A stretch of DNA of 64,000 nt from Candidatus Binatia bacterium (lineage in GTDB: Bacteria > Desulfobacterota > Binatia > HRBIN30): positions 1 through 64,000 of the forward strand of contig JBBRSP010000034.1 of NCBI GenBank assembly GCA_038245295.1, read 5' to 3'. The notes below the pieces were generated by a model. That model made no database searches, was not told the origin of the DNA, and was given only the letters and a program-made list of their open reading frames with translations. The position numbers and the translations under genes were made by a program. Positions 38,864-49,481 of the stretch are shown here, piece by piece; the first letter of the stretch is position 1; the number at the start of each line of letters is the position of its first letter.

Positions 38864-40705
38864 ATGGTGATTGTGGGACGACGACGCTGGCCGCACATCG
38901 TGGCCGCGCTGGTGCTGAGCGTGTGGGTGAGCCCGGTGCGTGCGGTTGATGTCGGCTCACTCAACGTCAGCGGGGGTATCGAGACGCAGAATTACCTGCG
39001 TCATGGCCACGCCGACGAGCTGCAGTTCACCCAGAATCGCAACACCGTGCGTCTGCGCGGCGAGTGGCGATGGTTCGAAGACGGTAAGCTGTTCGGTGCC
39101 CTTCCGGCGCCCTTTCTCGAAAGCTCGAACCTGACGCTGTTGTATCGCGGTGTGTACGATGGATACTACGACATCAAACCAGGTGGTCTGGTGCACGGCC
39201 AGACACGCTTCGACGATCAGGTCGGTGGGTCGATTTCGAGCCTGACGCGGCAGCAGAGAGACGGCGTGAAGTATGACAATGACCTGCGCGAGGCCTACAT
39301 CGATGCCCGCCTGAAGCAATTGCCCGTCAACCTACGTATCGGACGCCAGCAGGTGGTCTGGGGGCAGGCCGATCAGTTTCGCATCACAGATGTCTGGAAT
39401 CCTCTCGACCTGACCTGGCACTTTCATCAAGAGTCTTGGGACAATCTCCGCATTCCGCTTTGGGTTGCCAAGATGCAGGTCGATTTTGGGGAGATGGGCT
39501 CCTGGTCCGATCTCTTCAGTGAAATCGTCTACAACCCGTTCGATTTTCAACCTGGCTACAAGGTTGCGTTTCTGCCGCGTCCGTGGGGCATTCCGCTGCC
39601 CGATCCGTTGCGCGCCGGGCAGGTGCAGAATGCTCGTGGCGTTGCGGTATCCCCAAACTTTGATCTCGAGGGCACCAGTTATCGTCACGGCAACTTCGAC
39701 AAGACGCCGAAAGAAGCCAGTGAGGTCGGCGTGCGCTTACATGGGACGCACACAAGCGGCCTCGATGTCGCCCTCAGCTACTTCGTCGGCCACGGCCGCG
39801 CCATCGGCGCGGCGTTTCCGTTTGGCATCCGTGTTGATTCGATCGACCTCCCCGACAATCCGTTTGCTCCGTCACACCCACCAACCGGTCAATATCAGCG
39901 CGACATCAACGATCCTTCCTCGGTAGTCAATGTGTTGCCGATCAATGTCCGCGCCCAGGTCGTTCATCCCTACGTTCATATCTTCGGCCTCACGGCGGCG
40001 TATCTTGAGGAGTCCACCGGAACCAGCATCCGCGTCGAGAGCGGCTATGAATTGGGGGCGCCATTCCAAACTCTCGATCCCGCGACACGTGTGGGCGTGA
40101 CGATCAAGGGCAAGAAAGTGGGCGCGGATGGGAAAGGCCTCGGGCAGGCCCCGACCGGCTACACCCGTCGCGACGTGTGGAGCTCGATGATTGGCTTTGA
40201 CCGCCCGACGTGGATTCGGTTTCTCAACGACAAGGCGACGTGGTTCATTACCGCACAGTTCTTCCTACACTACACAACCGGTGGTCACATCGACCAACTG
40301 GTTGGCCTCTCCGGCGCCGGCGAGGCACCCTACTACGGCCCGGTAGGACGCTGGGTAAGCGGTCCGTACGCTGGGCGCGTCGAACGCCAACAAGACGCAA
40401 CGTATGCCGACGGTAACGGCGACCAGATCCATCGCTGGGAACATCTGATGACGATTGCGGCGACGAGCGATTACGTCAGCGGCAAGGTGAAACCGCTGAT
40501 CGCTACCGCCTTCGATCCCTTGAACCTCAATCAGACAGTCCTACTGCAACTCGATTACGTCTGGGGTGATCACTTCGTCACCTCTCTCTACCAGAAGTGG
40601 TACACCGACTTCGGCGCCCGCGTCCCAAGCGATGATCCATGGTTCGCCGCCGGTCGTCTGCATCGCCGTGACGAAACCGGAGTACGCGTCGCCTATCAGT
40701 TCTGA
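38864..40705 (+). CDS. DUF1302 family outer-membrane protein
   Basis: Start ATG 38864 with signal peptide; LREAYID, RIGRQQVVWG, NPLD, RIPLW; terminal aromatic (YQF). Confidence 0.8.
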   Translation: MVIVGRRRWPHIVAALVLSVWVSPVRAVDVGSLNVSGGIETQNYLRHGHADELQFTQNRNTVRLRGEWRWFEDGKLFGALPAPFLESSNLTLLYRGVYDGYYDIKPGGLVHGQTRFDDQVGGSISSLTRQQRDGVKYDNDLREAYIDARLKQLPVNLRIGRQQVVWGQADQFRITDVWNPLDLTWHFHQESWDNLRIPLWVAKMQVDFGEMGSWSDLFSEIVYNPFDFQPGYKVAFLPRPWGIPLPDPLRAGQVQNARGVAVSPNFDLEGTSYRHGNFDKTPKEASEVGVRLHGTHTSGLDVALSYFVGHGRAIGAAFPFGIRVDSIDLPDNPFAPSHPPTGQYQRDINDPSSVVNVLPINVRAQVVHPYVHIFGLTAAYLEESTGTSIRVESGYELGAPFQTLDPATRVGVTIKGKKVGADGKGLGQAPTGYTRRDVWSSMIGFDRPTWIRFLNDKATWFITAQFFLHYTTGGHIDQLVGLSGAGEAPYYGPVGRWVSGPYAGRVERQQDATYADGNGDQIHRWEHLMTIAATSDYVSGKVKPLIATAFDPLNLNQTVLLQLDYVWGDHFVTSLYQKWYTDFGARVPSDDPWFAAGRLHRRDETGVRVAYQF

Positions 40706-40726
40706 CGCCGGCCGAAGGAGAAACCA

Positions 40727-41587
40727 TCACCTCTCGGCGGTGGTCACCCCGGCGCTATGCAGTCGTTCGAGCAGTTCGGCCCGGAACTGCGGATAAGGCA
40801 GGGCGTTTGCCTCCCACCACTCATCATTTGGCGTCGCTGCAACGACTACAGCGAAGGATGCTTGAAGTCGCGGACTAAACAGCATCAGGCCGGTGCCTGC
40901 CTCGCTCGTGAACAGCGTTGCCGGTAGGTGATCGACCCGCAGTGCGATTACCGATTCGAGCAGATCCATTGTTCCCGAACATTCAAGCGGCGGAAGATCG
41001 CGTTCCCACCACTCTTTGCCTGAGCTCTCGGGTTCGATACCGCGGTTGCGTAGATCGCTGATTTGTTCAGCGCACGTGGCTGGTGTGAGGAATGGTGTCG
41101 TGCCTGAGCGGCGGCGTCGCGAAGCAGAGAACTCGAAGTAGACCGGCGCCGATGGCGTGTCGATCGCCGTGATACCCCGAAGGAGCATCGGCAGGATACG
41201 GCGCAGCGCCTCCTGGTCATTCGCGGCAAAGGCGTGCAGCGCCTCCTGATAGGCGGCGGAACGGCGAAGGTTCTCCAGGGCCCCACGCCATTGCAGCGCC
41301 ACTCCGATGATCTCGCGGGATGCCTCATCCAACTCCGGCTGGGCTAGTTGATCGCGCCGTGTCGCGGCTCGGAGTCTGCGACTCAGCCGGTTCAGCTGCG
41401 GCAACAGGTCGCGCTCAGCCGCTTCGTGCAGCTCGCGGAATTGCCGCGCCGCTGCGTAAAGAAGCCCGAGCTCGGCAATCGCCGCTTCGAGGGCAATCAG
41501 CGATTCGGCTTGCACCCCGTCCACTCTAGTCGACGGCGTCGCGGGTGCAATCGCTTCCACCAGCGTGGAGCCGCTGTTTTCCCGCAC
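40727..41587 (-). CDS. Hypothetical protein
   Basis: 286-aa ORF filling the gap between DUF1302 and hisC; start uncertain. Confidence 0.55.
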   Translation of the reverse strand: MRENSGSTLVEAIAPATPSTRVDGVQAESLIALEAAIAELGLLYAAARQFRELHEAAERDLLPQLNRLSRRLRAATRRDQLAQPELDEASREIIGVALQWRGALENLRRSAAYQEALHAFAANDQEALRRILPMLLRGITAIDTPSAPVYFEFSASRRRRSGTTPFLTPATCAEQISDLRNRGIEPESSGKEWWERDLPPLECSGTMDLLESVIALRVDHLPATLFTSEAGTGLMLFSPRLQASFAVVVAATPNDEWWEANALPYPQFRAELLERLHSAGVTTAER

Positions 41588-41613
41588 GGTCGGATTTGCT
41601 AGCAGGCTCGATC

Positions 41614-42651
41614 ATGTCGCAGTTGTTTATTCGCCCAGCCGTCGCAGCGATGAGCGGTTACGTCCCCGGCGAACAGCCGCAGGACCAACGCTACATCAAG
41701 CTCAACACCAACGAGAACCCGTACCCGCCGTCACCACGTGTCATCGAAGCCGTACGAGCCGCCGCCGGCGACGACCTGCGTTTGTATCCCGATCCCGTCG
41801 GCAACGCGGTGCGTGATCGCGCCGCCACTCGTTATGGCCTGAAGCGCGAGCAGATCCTCGTCGGCAACGGCTCCGACGAATTACTGAGCTTGATCCTGCG
41901 CACGTGCGTCGGCGCTGGGGATCGCGTCGTCTATCCGTCTCCGACCTACAGTTTGTACGACACGTTGGTGGCGGTCGAAGAGGGCGTTACCGTTCGTGTC
42001 CCTTACCCGGCCGATTTCACGCTGCCGAGTGGCCTGGGCGAGATGGGTGGGCGTGTGACGATCCTCTGTCACCCGAATTCTCCATCGGGCACGCCGGTGC
42101 CCCTCGACGCAATTGCCGCCGTATGCGCTTCCTCGGCCGGTGTCGTGATCGTCGATGAGGCCTACGTCGACTTCGCCGAATGGACGGCGATTCCGCTGCT
42201 CGAGCGCTACCGGAATTTGATTGTCCTGCGCACCTTCTCGAAGTCCTTTTCTCTCGCCGGGATGCGTATCGGCCTGGCTTTCGCGCACGAGTCGGTGATC
42301 GGCGAACTGATGAAGGTGAAAGACTCGTATAACGTGACGCGACTCAGCATCGCGGCGGCCGCCGCCGCGCTCGACGACTACGATTGGATGTTGGCCAATG
42401 TGAAACGGATCAAGGCCGTGCGCGAGACGTTGATCGTCGGGTTGCGTGCCCACGGCTTCGAGGTCCTGCCCAGTCAGACGAATTTCGTTCTGGCCCAGCA
42501 GCACGGCGTCAGCCAGGAGCCGCGTTATCTAGCCCTGAAATCGAGGGGCGTCCTAGTGCGCTACTTCAAGACGCCCGAGCTGTTTGATGCCCTGCGGATA
42601 ACAGTTGGAACCGACGCGGAAATCGAGGCTCTGCTGACGGCGCTGGCCTGA
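41614..42651 (+). CDS. hisC: Histidinol-phosphate aminotransferase
   Basis: YVPGEQP, KLNTNENPYPPSP, GNGSDE, DEAYVDF, RTFSKSFSLAGMRIG. Confidence 0.95.
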   Translation: MSQLFIRPAVAAMSGYVPGEQPQDQRYIKLNTNENPYPPSPRVIEAVRAAAGDDLRLYPDPVGNAVRDRAATRYGLKREQILVGNGSDELLSLILRTCVGAGDRVVYPSPTYSLYDTLVAVEEGVTVRVPYPADFTLPSGLGEMGGRVTILCHPNSPSGTPVPLDAIAAVCASSAGVVIVDEAYVDFAEWTAIPLLERYRNLIVLRTFSKSFSLAGMRIGLAFAHESVIGELMKVKDSYNVTRLSIAAAAAALDDYDWMLANVKRIKAVRETLIVGLRAHGFEVLPSQTNFVLAQQHGVSQEPRYLALKSRGVLVRYFKTPELFDALRITVGTDAEIEALLTALA

Positions 42652-42666
42652 CGGGAAGACGACCGA

Positions 42667-44106
42667 CTATTGACCGCCGTCTTCGTCGCCCTCATCCTCC
42701 GGCCCGCCCTCTCCCGCCATTGGTGGAGGAGTGCCGGTGCCACGGGTCGGCGTGGCGACCTCGATGAAGTCCTGCCCGCGCTTGTTTAGTCGTGTTACCA
42801 GGTAGTCGCGAATCTTGAATACCGTCGGCCCAGCCGGTGGCATCGCGAAAAATTCCTTGTTGCCCTGCTCCGCCTTGTGCTCGCCGATCAGGATGGAGCC
42901 GAGAGCGACATCTTGCGCACCTTTGAAAGTGATCGTCATCAGCGGCGCATCGAGGCCGAATGAAGCCAGGTTGGTGGGGTTGTCGGCGGCAATCTCAAAT
43001 CCCTTCAAGTCATGCAAATCACCGAGCCACTGGCTCATGGCGGAGGTCGCAACGTTGCCCGGGTTGCCATCAACCTTCCATCCGTCCTTGTCGGAGCCGA
43101 TGAGCTTGAACTGGTCGCCGTCGGCCCGCCGTACTTCGATCGCCGTCAAAGCGGCACGGTCGAATGCCAACACGGTCTTGTCGCGTAGCTCTCCGGCGTC
43201 CTTGTTCAAATCGCGCATGACCCAGTCGCTGACGGTGTAGACGGTCGGGTTGCCGCTCGTCTGCAGGTAGACTTCCTTCTTGTCGCCGTTATCGCCGCCG
43301 AGCAGGATGTCCTTCCGGGCATTGTCCTTGCCGAGGAAGAGCGAGACCTTCAATCGTGGGTTCGTCAGTCCGTACGCAGCCAACTGCTCGGGCGCCGCAT
43401 CGGGGAAGTCGTTGGCGCGCAGGGAGCGCAGCGACGACAGCAGCGTGCGCACGATCGTCGCATCGGCGATGAACGATCCCGGCTGTTCGATCACCCAGGC
43501 CCCGTTCTTCAACCCCAAGCGAATATCTTTGTCCGCCGCATGCAGTTCGATCCGCTGAACATCGCCGTCGGCGAAGTTGAGAATGGTCTTGTCGCGCAGG
43601 TCTTTCGGTTGCTTGTCGAGCCCGGTGCGGAACGCCGAGTTGGTGAGGAAAATCTTTTTGTCATCGGCACGCTGGACGTAGGCGTTCGAACCGATCGGCG
43701 TGGTCTTGCCCACCGAGAACACCGGCAGGTCCTTGTCTTTCGCTTTGGCGTGGACGACGACGAACGGTTTGTCGAGGCCGTAGACCGAAAGGTCGCCGCT
43801 GCTCTCGGTCAGCTCTTTCTTGGACTCGGCGTCAGCCAGGGTTGCCGCGATATTCTTGACCGCGGTGGCGTCGGCGAGCACATCGAGCGGCTTGCTCATG
43901 TGCCACTCCTCGCCGGTCTTCATCAAAGCGATCTCATGATCCTGATACGTGAGGGTCAATTCACTGATGTCATCCGCTTTGACGTCGTAGAGCCGCTTCG
44001 CCTTGGCTTCCTGCTCAGCGCTCGGCATCTCGACATAGTAGAGATAGGCCCCGAGCCCGAGCACGACGAGCAAGAGAAGTAGTGTCGTCCGAAATCGCAT
44101 CTGCAA
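42667..44106 (-). CDS. DUF4340 domain protein
   Basis: N-terminal anchor; three repeats with L..YGL..P and LRDK motifs; last gene of ABC cluster. Confidence 0.8.
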   Translation of the reverse strand: MQMRFRTTLLLLLVVLGLGAYLYYVEMPSAEQEAKAKRLYDVKADDISELTLTYQDHEIALMKTGEEWHMSKPLDVLADATAVKNIAATLADAESKKELTESSGDLSVYGLDKPFVVVHAKAKDKDLPVFSVGKTTPIGSNAYVQRADDKKIFLTNSAFRTGLDKQPKDLRDKTILNFADGDVQRIELHAADKDIRLGLKNGAWVIEQPGSFIADATIVRTLLSSLRSLRANDFPDAAPEQLAAYGLTNPRLKVSLFLGKDNARKDILLGGDNGDKKEVYLQTSGNPTVYTVSDWVMRDLNKDAGELRDKTVLAFDRAALTAIEVRRADGDQFKLIGSDKDGWKVDGNPGNVATSAMSQWLGDLHDLKGFEIAADNPTNLASFGLDAPLMTITFKGAQDVALGSILIGEHKAEQGNKEFFAMPPAGPTVFKIRDYLVTRLNKRGQDFIEVATPTRGTGTPPPMAGEGGPEDEGDEDGGQ

Positions 44107-44124
44107 CGTCCTCCGCGCCGCTTC

Positions 44125-45675
44125 CTACTCGCGCCGCCACCACACGGCGAGACCGACGAGCAACAGCAACTGCGGGATCACCAGGACGGACAAGTAGAAG
44201 ATCAGAGTCCCCTGGTCGGCCGTGAAGCTGACGCGGGAGGCGCGCATGCCACGTGGGCGAATCGACACGAGGTCGCCTTGCCCGACCAGCCAGCCGATGG
44301 CGTTCATGATGAGGTCGCGGTTGTAGTAGGTGCCGTCGAACTCACGATTGCCGGCAAACTCGGCACTGCCGAAAACGACTAGCCGCGCATTGCCTTCCTT
44401 CTCTTTACCCATCGCTTTGAGATTGGCGTCGACGGCGACGGCGACAGGCACGGGTCCTTTGATGTCCGCATGCTCGTCCATCACCGCCTCGCTGCGCTGG
44501 AAGATGCCTTCGAGATCCGACTCACCCCAGCTCGTCGGGCTGGTCTTGGCGATTTCGGTTGCCGTGACACCCGTCTTGGCCGTGTCGGCCTTTACCGAGC
44601 GCGACATCGGGAAAATCGTCCGCTGCTTGAAATCCTTGGTGATCTCGTGAGGACCGTAGGTGTTGACCAGCGGCGACAGCCCGAGGGCCGGGCCCTGGAA
44701 CAGTCGAACCATCTGATCGACCACGACATCGTTGCCGAGCTTCACACCCCAGGCGTCGAGGAACGGCGTGAATTGGGTGCCGCTGCGCGCCGGAAGCATC
44801 ATCAGGAGGCGACCACCGCCATCGAGGAACTTGTTGAGCGCCGCGAGCTCGCTGTCGACGTACGGCTTCTCCGAGCCCGAGGCGATAACCACAGAACAGT
44901 CGGCGGGGACGTCCGGGAGCGATGCGAGCAAGATCTTCTTGGTATCGTAATTCTCGTTGCCGAGCGCTTGCTTCAGGCTGGCCAGCCCCTTCGGGCTTTG
45001 CACGTCTTCGATGTCCGCTTCGCCGTGGCCTTCCACGACACAGACCGTCTTCTTCGTGGTGCGGGTGACTTTGATGATCGCGTTGGTGATCTGCTCTTCA
45101 GCGGGCTGCGTGATCGTCGTTGTCTCGTTGCCGTACTCGAAGCGCACCGTGTTGTACTGCTTGATCTGATACTTCTCGGCCAGCTCCGGTTGTCGATCCG
45201 GATCGATCATCTGGAACTTCAACTTGTCCGAGTTGTGGCTGTAGGTCTGGAGCAGATCGCGCAGCCCCGGACTGATCCCGCCTTCGACGAAGGCCTGGAT
45301 GTTGAGGTCCTTGTCGAGGCCTTTGACCACGTTGACCGATTGCGGTGACAGGCTGAACGCCCCCTGTTCCGTCATGTCGAAACGCTTGCTGTGGCGTGCC
45401 GACAGGTAGTTGACGATCACCAGGATGACGAGGAACAGCAGCGAGCTGAAAACGACATTGGTGCCGTACTTGGTCGAGCGCTCGCTGACCACGTTGCGGA
45501 TCTGTTCCACCCCCGCCGTCAGGTAGGCGATCACCGCAAACAAGCCGAAGATGGCGTTGGCGGCGATGTAGATGATGTCGACCGAAGAATTGCCGCGCGT
45601 GAACAGCGCGGCAACGCCGGCGAACAAGAGCAAAACCAGGCCGATTAGCCCGAGCAAAGAATTGGAGCGGCGCAC
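44125..45675 (-). CDS. GldG-like ABC transporter auxiliary component
   Basis: RFDMT....SLS.QS, GHGE, GGRLL, RLVVFG, N.DL..NAI.WL; C-terminal TM ending WWRR. Confidence 0.85.
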   Translation of the reverse strand: MRRSNSLLGLIGLVLLLFAGVAALFTRGNSSVDIIYIAANAIFGLFAVIAYLTAGVEQIRNVVSERSTKYGTNVVFSSLLFLVILVIVNYLSARHSKRFDMTEQGAFSLSPQSVNVVKGLDKDLNIQAFVEGGISPGLRDLLQTYSHNSDKLKFQMIDPDRQPELAEKYQIKQYNTVRFEYGNETTTITQPAEEQITNAIIKVTRTTKKTVCVVEGHGEADIEDVQSPKGLASLKQALGNENYDTKKILLASLPDVPADCSVVIASGSEKPYVDSELAALNKFLDGGGRLLMMLPARSGTQFTPFLDAWGVKLGNDVVVDQMVRLFQGPALGLSPLVNTYGPHEITKDFKQRTIFPMSRSVKADTAKTGVTATEIAKTSPTSWGESDLEGIFQRSEAVMDEHADIKGPVPVAVAVDANLKAMGKEKEGNARLVVFGSAEFAGNREFDGTYYNRDLIMNAIGWLVGQGDLVSIRPRGMRASRVSFTADQGTLIFYLSVLVIPQLLLLVGLAVWWRRE

Positions 45676-45678
45676 GGC

Positions 45679-46455
45679 TTATCTCCAGCGAATCGATTCC
45701 ACCGAACGGTGGGTCAGGAAGAGGGCCAGCACAATGACGCTGGCGAAGTAGACCAGGTGTTGGGTGTCGATGACGCCCTTGACCATCTCGCCGAAATGCT
45801 CGGTGAGCGACAAGTACTTGAGCACCGCGCCAACTCCGGCGCCGGCCGTCTCGGCCGGCCACGAGATCACGTAGAAGAGCAGCAACGTCACAAGACAGAT
45901 TACCGCGGCGACGATCTGGTTGTCGGTGAACGAGGATGTGAGCAGCCCGACGGTGGCGAAGGCGACGGCAAGCAGGAACAGGCCCAGGTAACCCGCCGCG
46001 ATCACCCCAAGTTCCGGATTTCCATAGGCGACCAGGATGGCGGGGTAGATGGTCGTCAATCCGAGCATCACCACGAGAAAGCCGACGACGCCGAGGAACT
46101 TCCCGAGGACGATATCGGTAATCGATAACGGTGCGGTCATCAGCAGTTCGTAGGTACCGGAGCGCTTCTCTTCCGCGAACGCGCGCATCGTGATCACCGG
46201 CACCAGGATGATCAAGACGACGGACAGATTGTGCAACAGCGGAGCGATCACCATCTCGTTGAGGTTGAGGCGCTCGAGGTCCTGGGGATTGGTGCGCATG
46301 CTGGTGTAGATCTGCAGCAGGAAGTTGAAGCGCGCCAGAAGGTTGAAGAAGAACCAACCGCCGAGCAGCATGTATCCGGTCAGGACCACGTATGCGATCG
46401 GCGAAACGAACATCGAACGCAGTTCCTTGCCGGCGATCGTGAAAGCGTTCTTCAT
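45679..46455 (-). CDS. ABC transporter permease (GldF-like)
   Basis: KELRS.F.SPIAY, TMR.FAEEKRSGT.ELL.T.P, GKFL, T.NQIVA. Confidence 0.9.
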   Translation of the reverse strand: MKNAFTIAGKELRSMFVSPIAYVVLTGYMLLGGWFFFNLLARFNFLLQIYTSMRTNPQDLERLNLNEMVIAPLLHNLSVVLIILVPVITMRAFAEEKRSGTYELLMTAPLSITDIVLGKFLGVVGFLVVMLGLTTIYPAILVAYGNPELGVIAAGYLGLFLLAVAFATVGLLTSSFTDNQIVAAVICLVTLLLFYVISWPAETAGAGVGAVLKYLSLTEHFGEMVKGVIDTQHLVYFASVIVLALFLTHRSVESIRWR

Positions 46456-47192
46456 GCTGCTGCCTCGTCGCCGCGCACCGTCGCCGTGTCCTCGGTGATG
46501 TACTTTAAGAAGACTTTCTCGAGCGTCATGTCCTGCGTCAGGTTGGCCACCGTGTCTTCGACGACGATGTGGCCGTGGTTGATGATGACGACTTTCTCAC
46601 AGAGTTGCTGAACTTCGGGCAGGATGTGGGTCGAAAGGATTACCGTGCGCTCACCGGAGAGGTCCTTGATGAGCGTGCGAATGTCGATGATCTGGCGCGG
46701 GTCGAGACCGATCGTTGGCTCGTCGAGGACGAGGACGGCCGGGTTGTGAATCAGCGCCTGCGCCAGGCCAACGCGTTGCCGGTACCCCTTGGAAAGGTGT
46801 CCGGTGACCCGGTCGACCACTTCGGTCAGGCCGCAGGTCCGCAGCACGCGATCCATCGCATCATTCAACTGTGCCTTGGCGATACCGCGGATACGGCCGG
46901 TGAAACGCAAATAGGTGCGTACCGTCATGTCGTTGTACAGCGGCGGCGACTCCGGCAGGTAACCGATGCGTTTACGCACTTCGGCCGATTGCTCGAAGAT
47001 GTCGTAGCCGGCGACCTTTACGGTGCCGGAGGTGGCCGGCATGAAGCCTGTCACGATCCGCATGGTCGTCGTCTTGCCTGCGCCGTTGGGTCCGAGGAAG
47101 CCCAGGACCTGGCCGGTGTCGGCGGTGAAACTGAGGTCATTCACGGCGGTGATGTCGCCGTAACGCTTGGTAAGATGGCTTACTTCGATCAT
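46452..47192 (-). CDS. ABC transporter ATP-binding protein (GldA-like)
   Basis: GPNGAGKTT, LSKGYRQRVG, LDEPT, STH. Confidence 0.95.
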   Translation of the reverse strand: MIEVSHLTKRYGDITAVNDLSFTADTGQVLGFLGPNGAGKTTTMRIVTGFMPATSGTVKVAGYDIFEQSAEVRKRIGYLPESPPLYNDMTVRTYLRFTGRIRGIAKAQLNDAMDRVLRTCGLTEVVDRVTGHLSKGYRQRVGLAQALIHNPAVLVLDEPTIGLDPRQIIDIRTLIKDLSGERTVILSTHILPEVQQLCEKVVIINHGHIVVEDTVANLTQDMTLEKVFLKYITEDTATVRGDEAAA

Positions 47193-47400
47193 AGACGGGG
47201 CTTCATGACGTAAATCTCATTTCGTTATTCGGACGACATGCACGTTTTTTTGCAGAGGACCGCCGACGGTACAGATCGGAAAGCTCACTTAGTAGCACGA
47301 GTTGCCCCTGACACACCCCGATCCACGTTGGTCTGCGGCCGCCCGCCAATGATGCCGCCATGTAATGCGCTCCAAATTCGATGTCAACGCACCAGCCGGG

Positions 47401-48786
47401 TCAAACACGTACATGCATCCAGCGATCACCGCGGAAGCGCCAACCCTTGAGGGCGGCGCGAGCCACGTAGTCGCCGATCAGTGCGGCCCAGACCCAGGCC
47501 AGACTGAGATGAAGGACATGTGCGGCGAGGTAGGCGCAGCCGAGGCGGCATCCGTAGAATCCGACGAAAACGGCGACCAGTGGAAATCGTGTATCTCCGG
47601 CCCCACGTAGGGCGCCCCCGAGCGTCGCGTCGGCAGCCATGAACGGCTGCGCCGCGCCCAGGGCGTAGATGAACCACACGGTGTCCTGGATCACCGTCTC
47701 GTCGTTGACGAACGCCGCGGCGATGGGCCGCGCCAGGGCGATGACGATCAGTCCTAGAAACGACATGAAGTAGATGGAGAGCCGATTCGCTTCCCAGCCG
47801 GCGCGCGCCGCCAACTCCGGTTGTCGCGCCCCGAGGTTCTGCCCGACCAGCGCACTCGCCGCCGCAGCGAAGCCGAAGCCGGGTAGAAACGACAGCGCCA
47901 GGATGCGTACGCCGATGAAATAGGCGGCGACCGCGCTGGTGCCGTATTGCGCCGCGAACTTGAGGTAGATGAAGAAGCCGACCTGCATGAACATCTGTTC
48001 GACGGCGGCAGGGTAGCCGATGGCGAGCACGCGCTTGACGGTTTCGAGATGCAATCGAATGTCATGCCATCGCAGGTGCAATTTGAGGCGCCCGCTCCAC
48101 AGGAAAGCCAGGCCCATCGTCATACCGGCCACGAACGCCGTTGTTGTCGCGGTGGCGGAGCCACGCACGCCCATGGCTGGAAACCCAAAGTTCCCGAAGA
48201 TCAGCACGTAGTTTCCGATCACGTTGATGACGTTGACCGTGACGCCGATGACCAGCGGTGTGCGCGTATCGCCGGCGCCGCGTAGCCCCGAGGCGATGAC
48301 GAACATGGTCGCCGACTGCGGGATCGACAACATGACGATACGCGCAAAGCCGGCACTCAGGTCGGCGACCGCCGGTTCGATACCGAACCAGCCGACGATG
48401 GAACGCGCAAAGAGGATGACCGGCAGGATGAGCACGACCGACAAGATCCACGCGGTGACGATTGCTTGGCCGAGAACGCGGTTGGCGACCGCCGGCTCAC
48501 GCGCCCCGATGTGGCGTGCCACCAGAGCCAGGGTGCCTGTACCGACGGCAGTCATGGCGATGCTGACGCTCGAAAGAACCTGTGCCCCAACGCCTACTGC
48601 TGCCACGGCTTGCGAACCGAGGCGGCCGACCATCAAGGTGTCGACGAGGCCGACCAGGGACTCGAGCAATAGCGTGACGATGACCGGCCAAGCGAGGTTC
48701 CAGATGATCGCCAGGAGCTGGCGCCGCGTGTGCGAACCGATCGGTGGGCTCGCCGCGTAGTCGGCGCCTGAAGGGGGAGGGGACAT
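47401..48786 (-). CDS. MATE family efflux transporter
   Basis: LAWP, DTLMVGRLG..AVAAV, twice-repeated LRGAGDTR.P. Confidence 0.92.
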   Translation of the reverse strand: MSPPPSGADYAASPPIGSHTRRQLLAIIWNLAWPVIVTLLLESLVGLVDTLMVGRLGSQAVAAVGVGAQVLSSVSIAMTAVGTGTLALVARHIGAREPAVANRVLGQAIVTAWILSVVLILPVILFARSIVGWFGIEPAVADLSAGFARIVMLSIPQSATMFVIASGLRGAGDTRTPLVIGVTVNVINVIGNYVLIFGNFGFPAMGVRGSATATTTAFVAGMTMGLAFLWSGRLKLHLRWHDIRLHLETVKRVLAIGYPAAVEQMFMQVGFFIYLKFAAQYGTSAVAAYFIGVRILALSFLPGFGFAAAASALVGQNLGARQPELAARAGWEANRLSIYFMSFLGLIVIALARPIAAAFVNDETVIQDTVWFIYALGAAQPFMAADATLGGALRGAGDTRFPLVAVFVGFYGCRLGCAYLAAHVLHLSLAWVWAALIGDYVARAALKGWRFRGDRWMHVRV

Positions 48787-48800
48787 GGGCGACGCGAAGG

Positions 48801-49478
48801 TCAGTAGCCCATCATGTTCAGGAAGTCTTCGACGCGTTCGAAACGCAGGTAAAGGTTGCGCCGCTTCTCGTCCTCGAGCGTGGAGGTCGGGCGATCGGCG
48901 TAGTTGTGGCCCGGGTAGAGCACGGTCTGGTCGGGGAGCCGCTTCAACTTGTTGGTGAGGCTATCGTACATCTGCGCCGGATCACTGCCCGGCAAATCGA
49001 CGCGCCCGCAGCCGCCGATGAAGAGCGTGTCACCCGATACCAGATTGCCGTCGACCAGGAAGCATTGCGAGCCGGGCGTATGGCCGGGCGTGTGGATGAA
49101 ACGAATCGAGTGTTTGCCAACCAACAGCTCTTCTGTGCCGTCGGTCTTCACCATGTCGGAATCCGACAGCTTGGCGATGCGTTGCGCGTAAGGCGCTTCT
49201 TCTTTGTGGATGTAGATCTTGATCGGGTAGTTGCGCTGCAGAAGCTCCGCGGCGCCTTCGATGTGGCGCCCCATGAAATCACCACCCAGATGGTCCGGGT
49301 GAAAGTGGGTGATCAACGCGCCTTTGAGCTTGAGGTCGTCGGCTTCGAAGACACGTACCAGGGCGTCGACATCCCACGCCGGATCGACCACGACGGCTTC
49401 GCGTGTTTCCGTATCGCCGATGACGTAGACGAAGTTCTGCATCGGACCCAGCTCGAGCTGCTTCAGGTAGAGAGCCAT
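48801..49478 (-). CDS. MBL-fold metallo-hydrolase (glyoxalase II-like)
   Basis: THFHPDH, HTPGHTPGS, GDTLF, YPGH. Confidence 0.92.
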   Translation of the reverse strand: MALYLKQLELGPMQNFVYVIGDTETREAVVVDPAWDVDALVRVFEADDLKLKGALITHFHPDHLGGDFMGRHIEGAAELLQRNYPIKIYIHKEEAPYAQRIAKLSDSDMVKTDGTEELLVGKHSIRFIHTPGHTPGSQCFLVDGNLVSGDTLFIGGCGRVDLPGSDPAQMYDSLTNKLKRLPDQTVLYPGHNYADRPTSTLEDEKRRNLYLRFERVEDFLNMMGY

Positions 49479-49481
49479 CAG

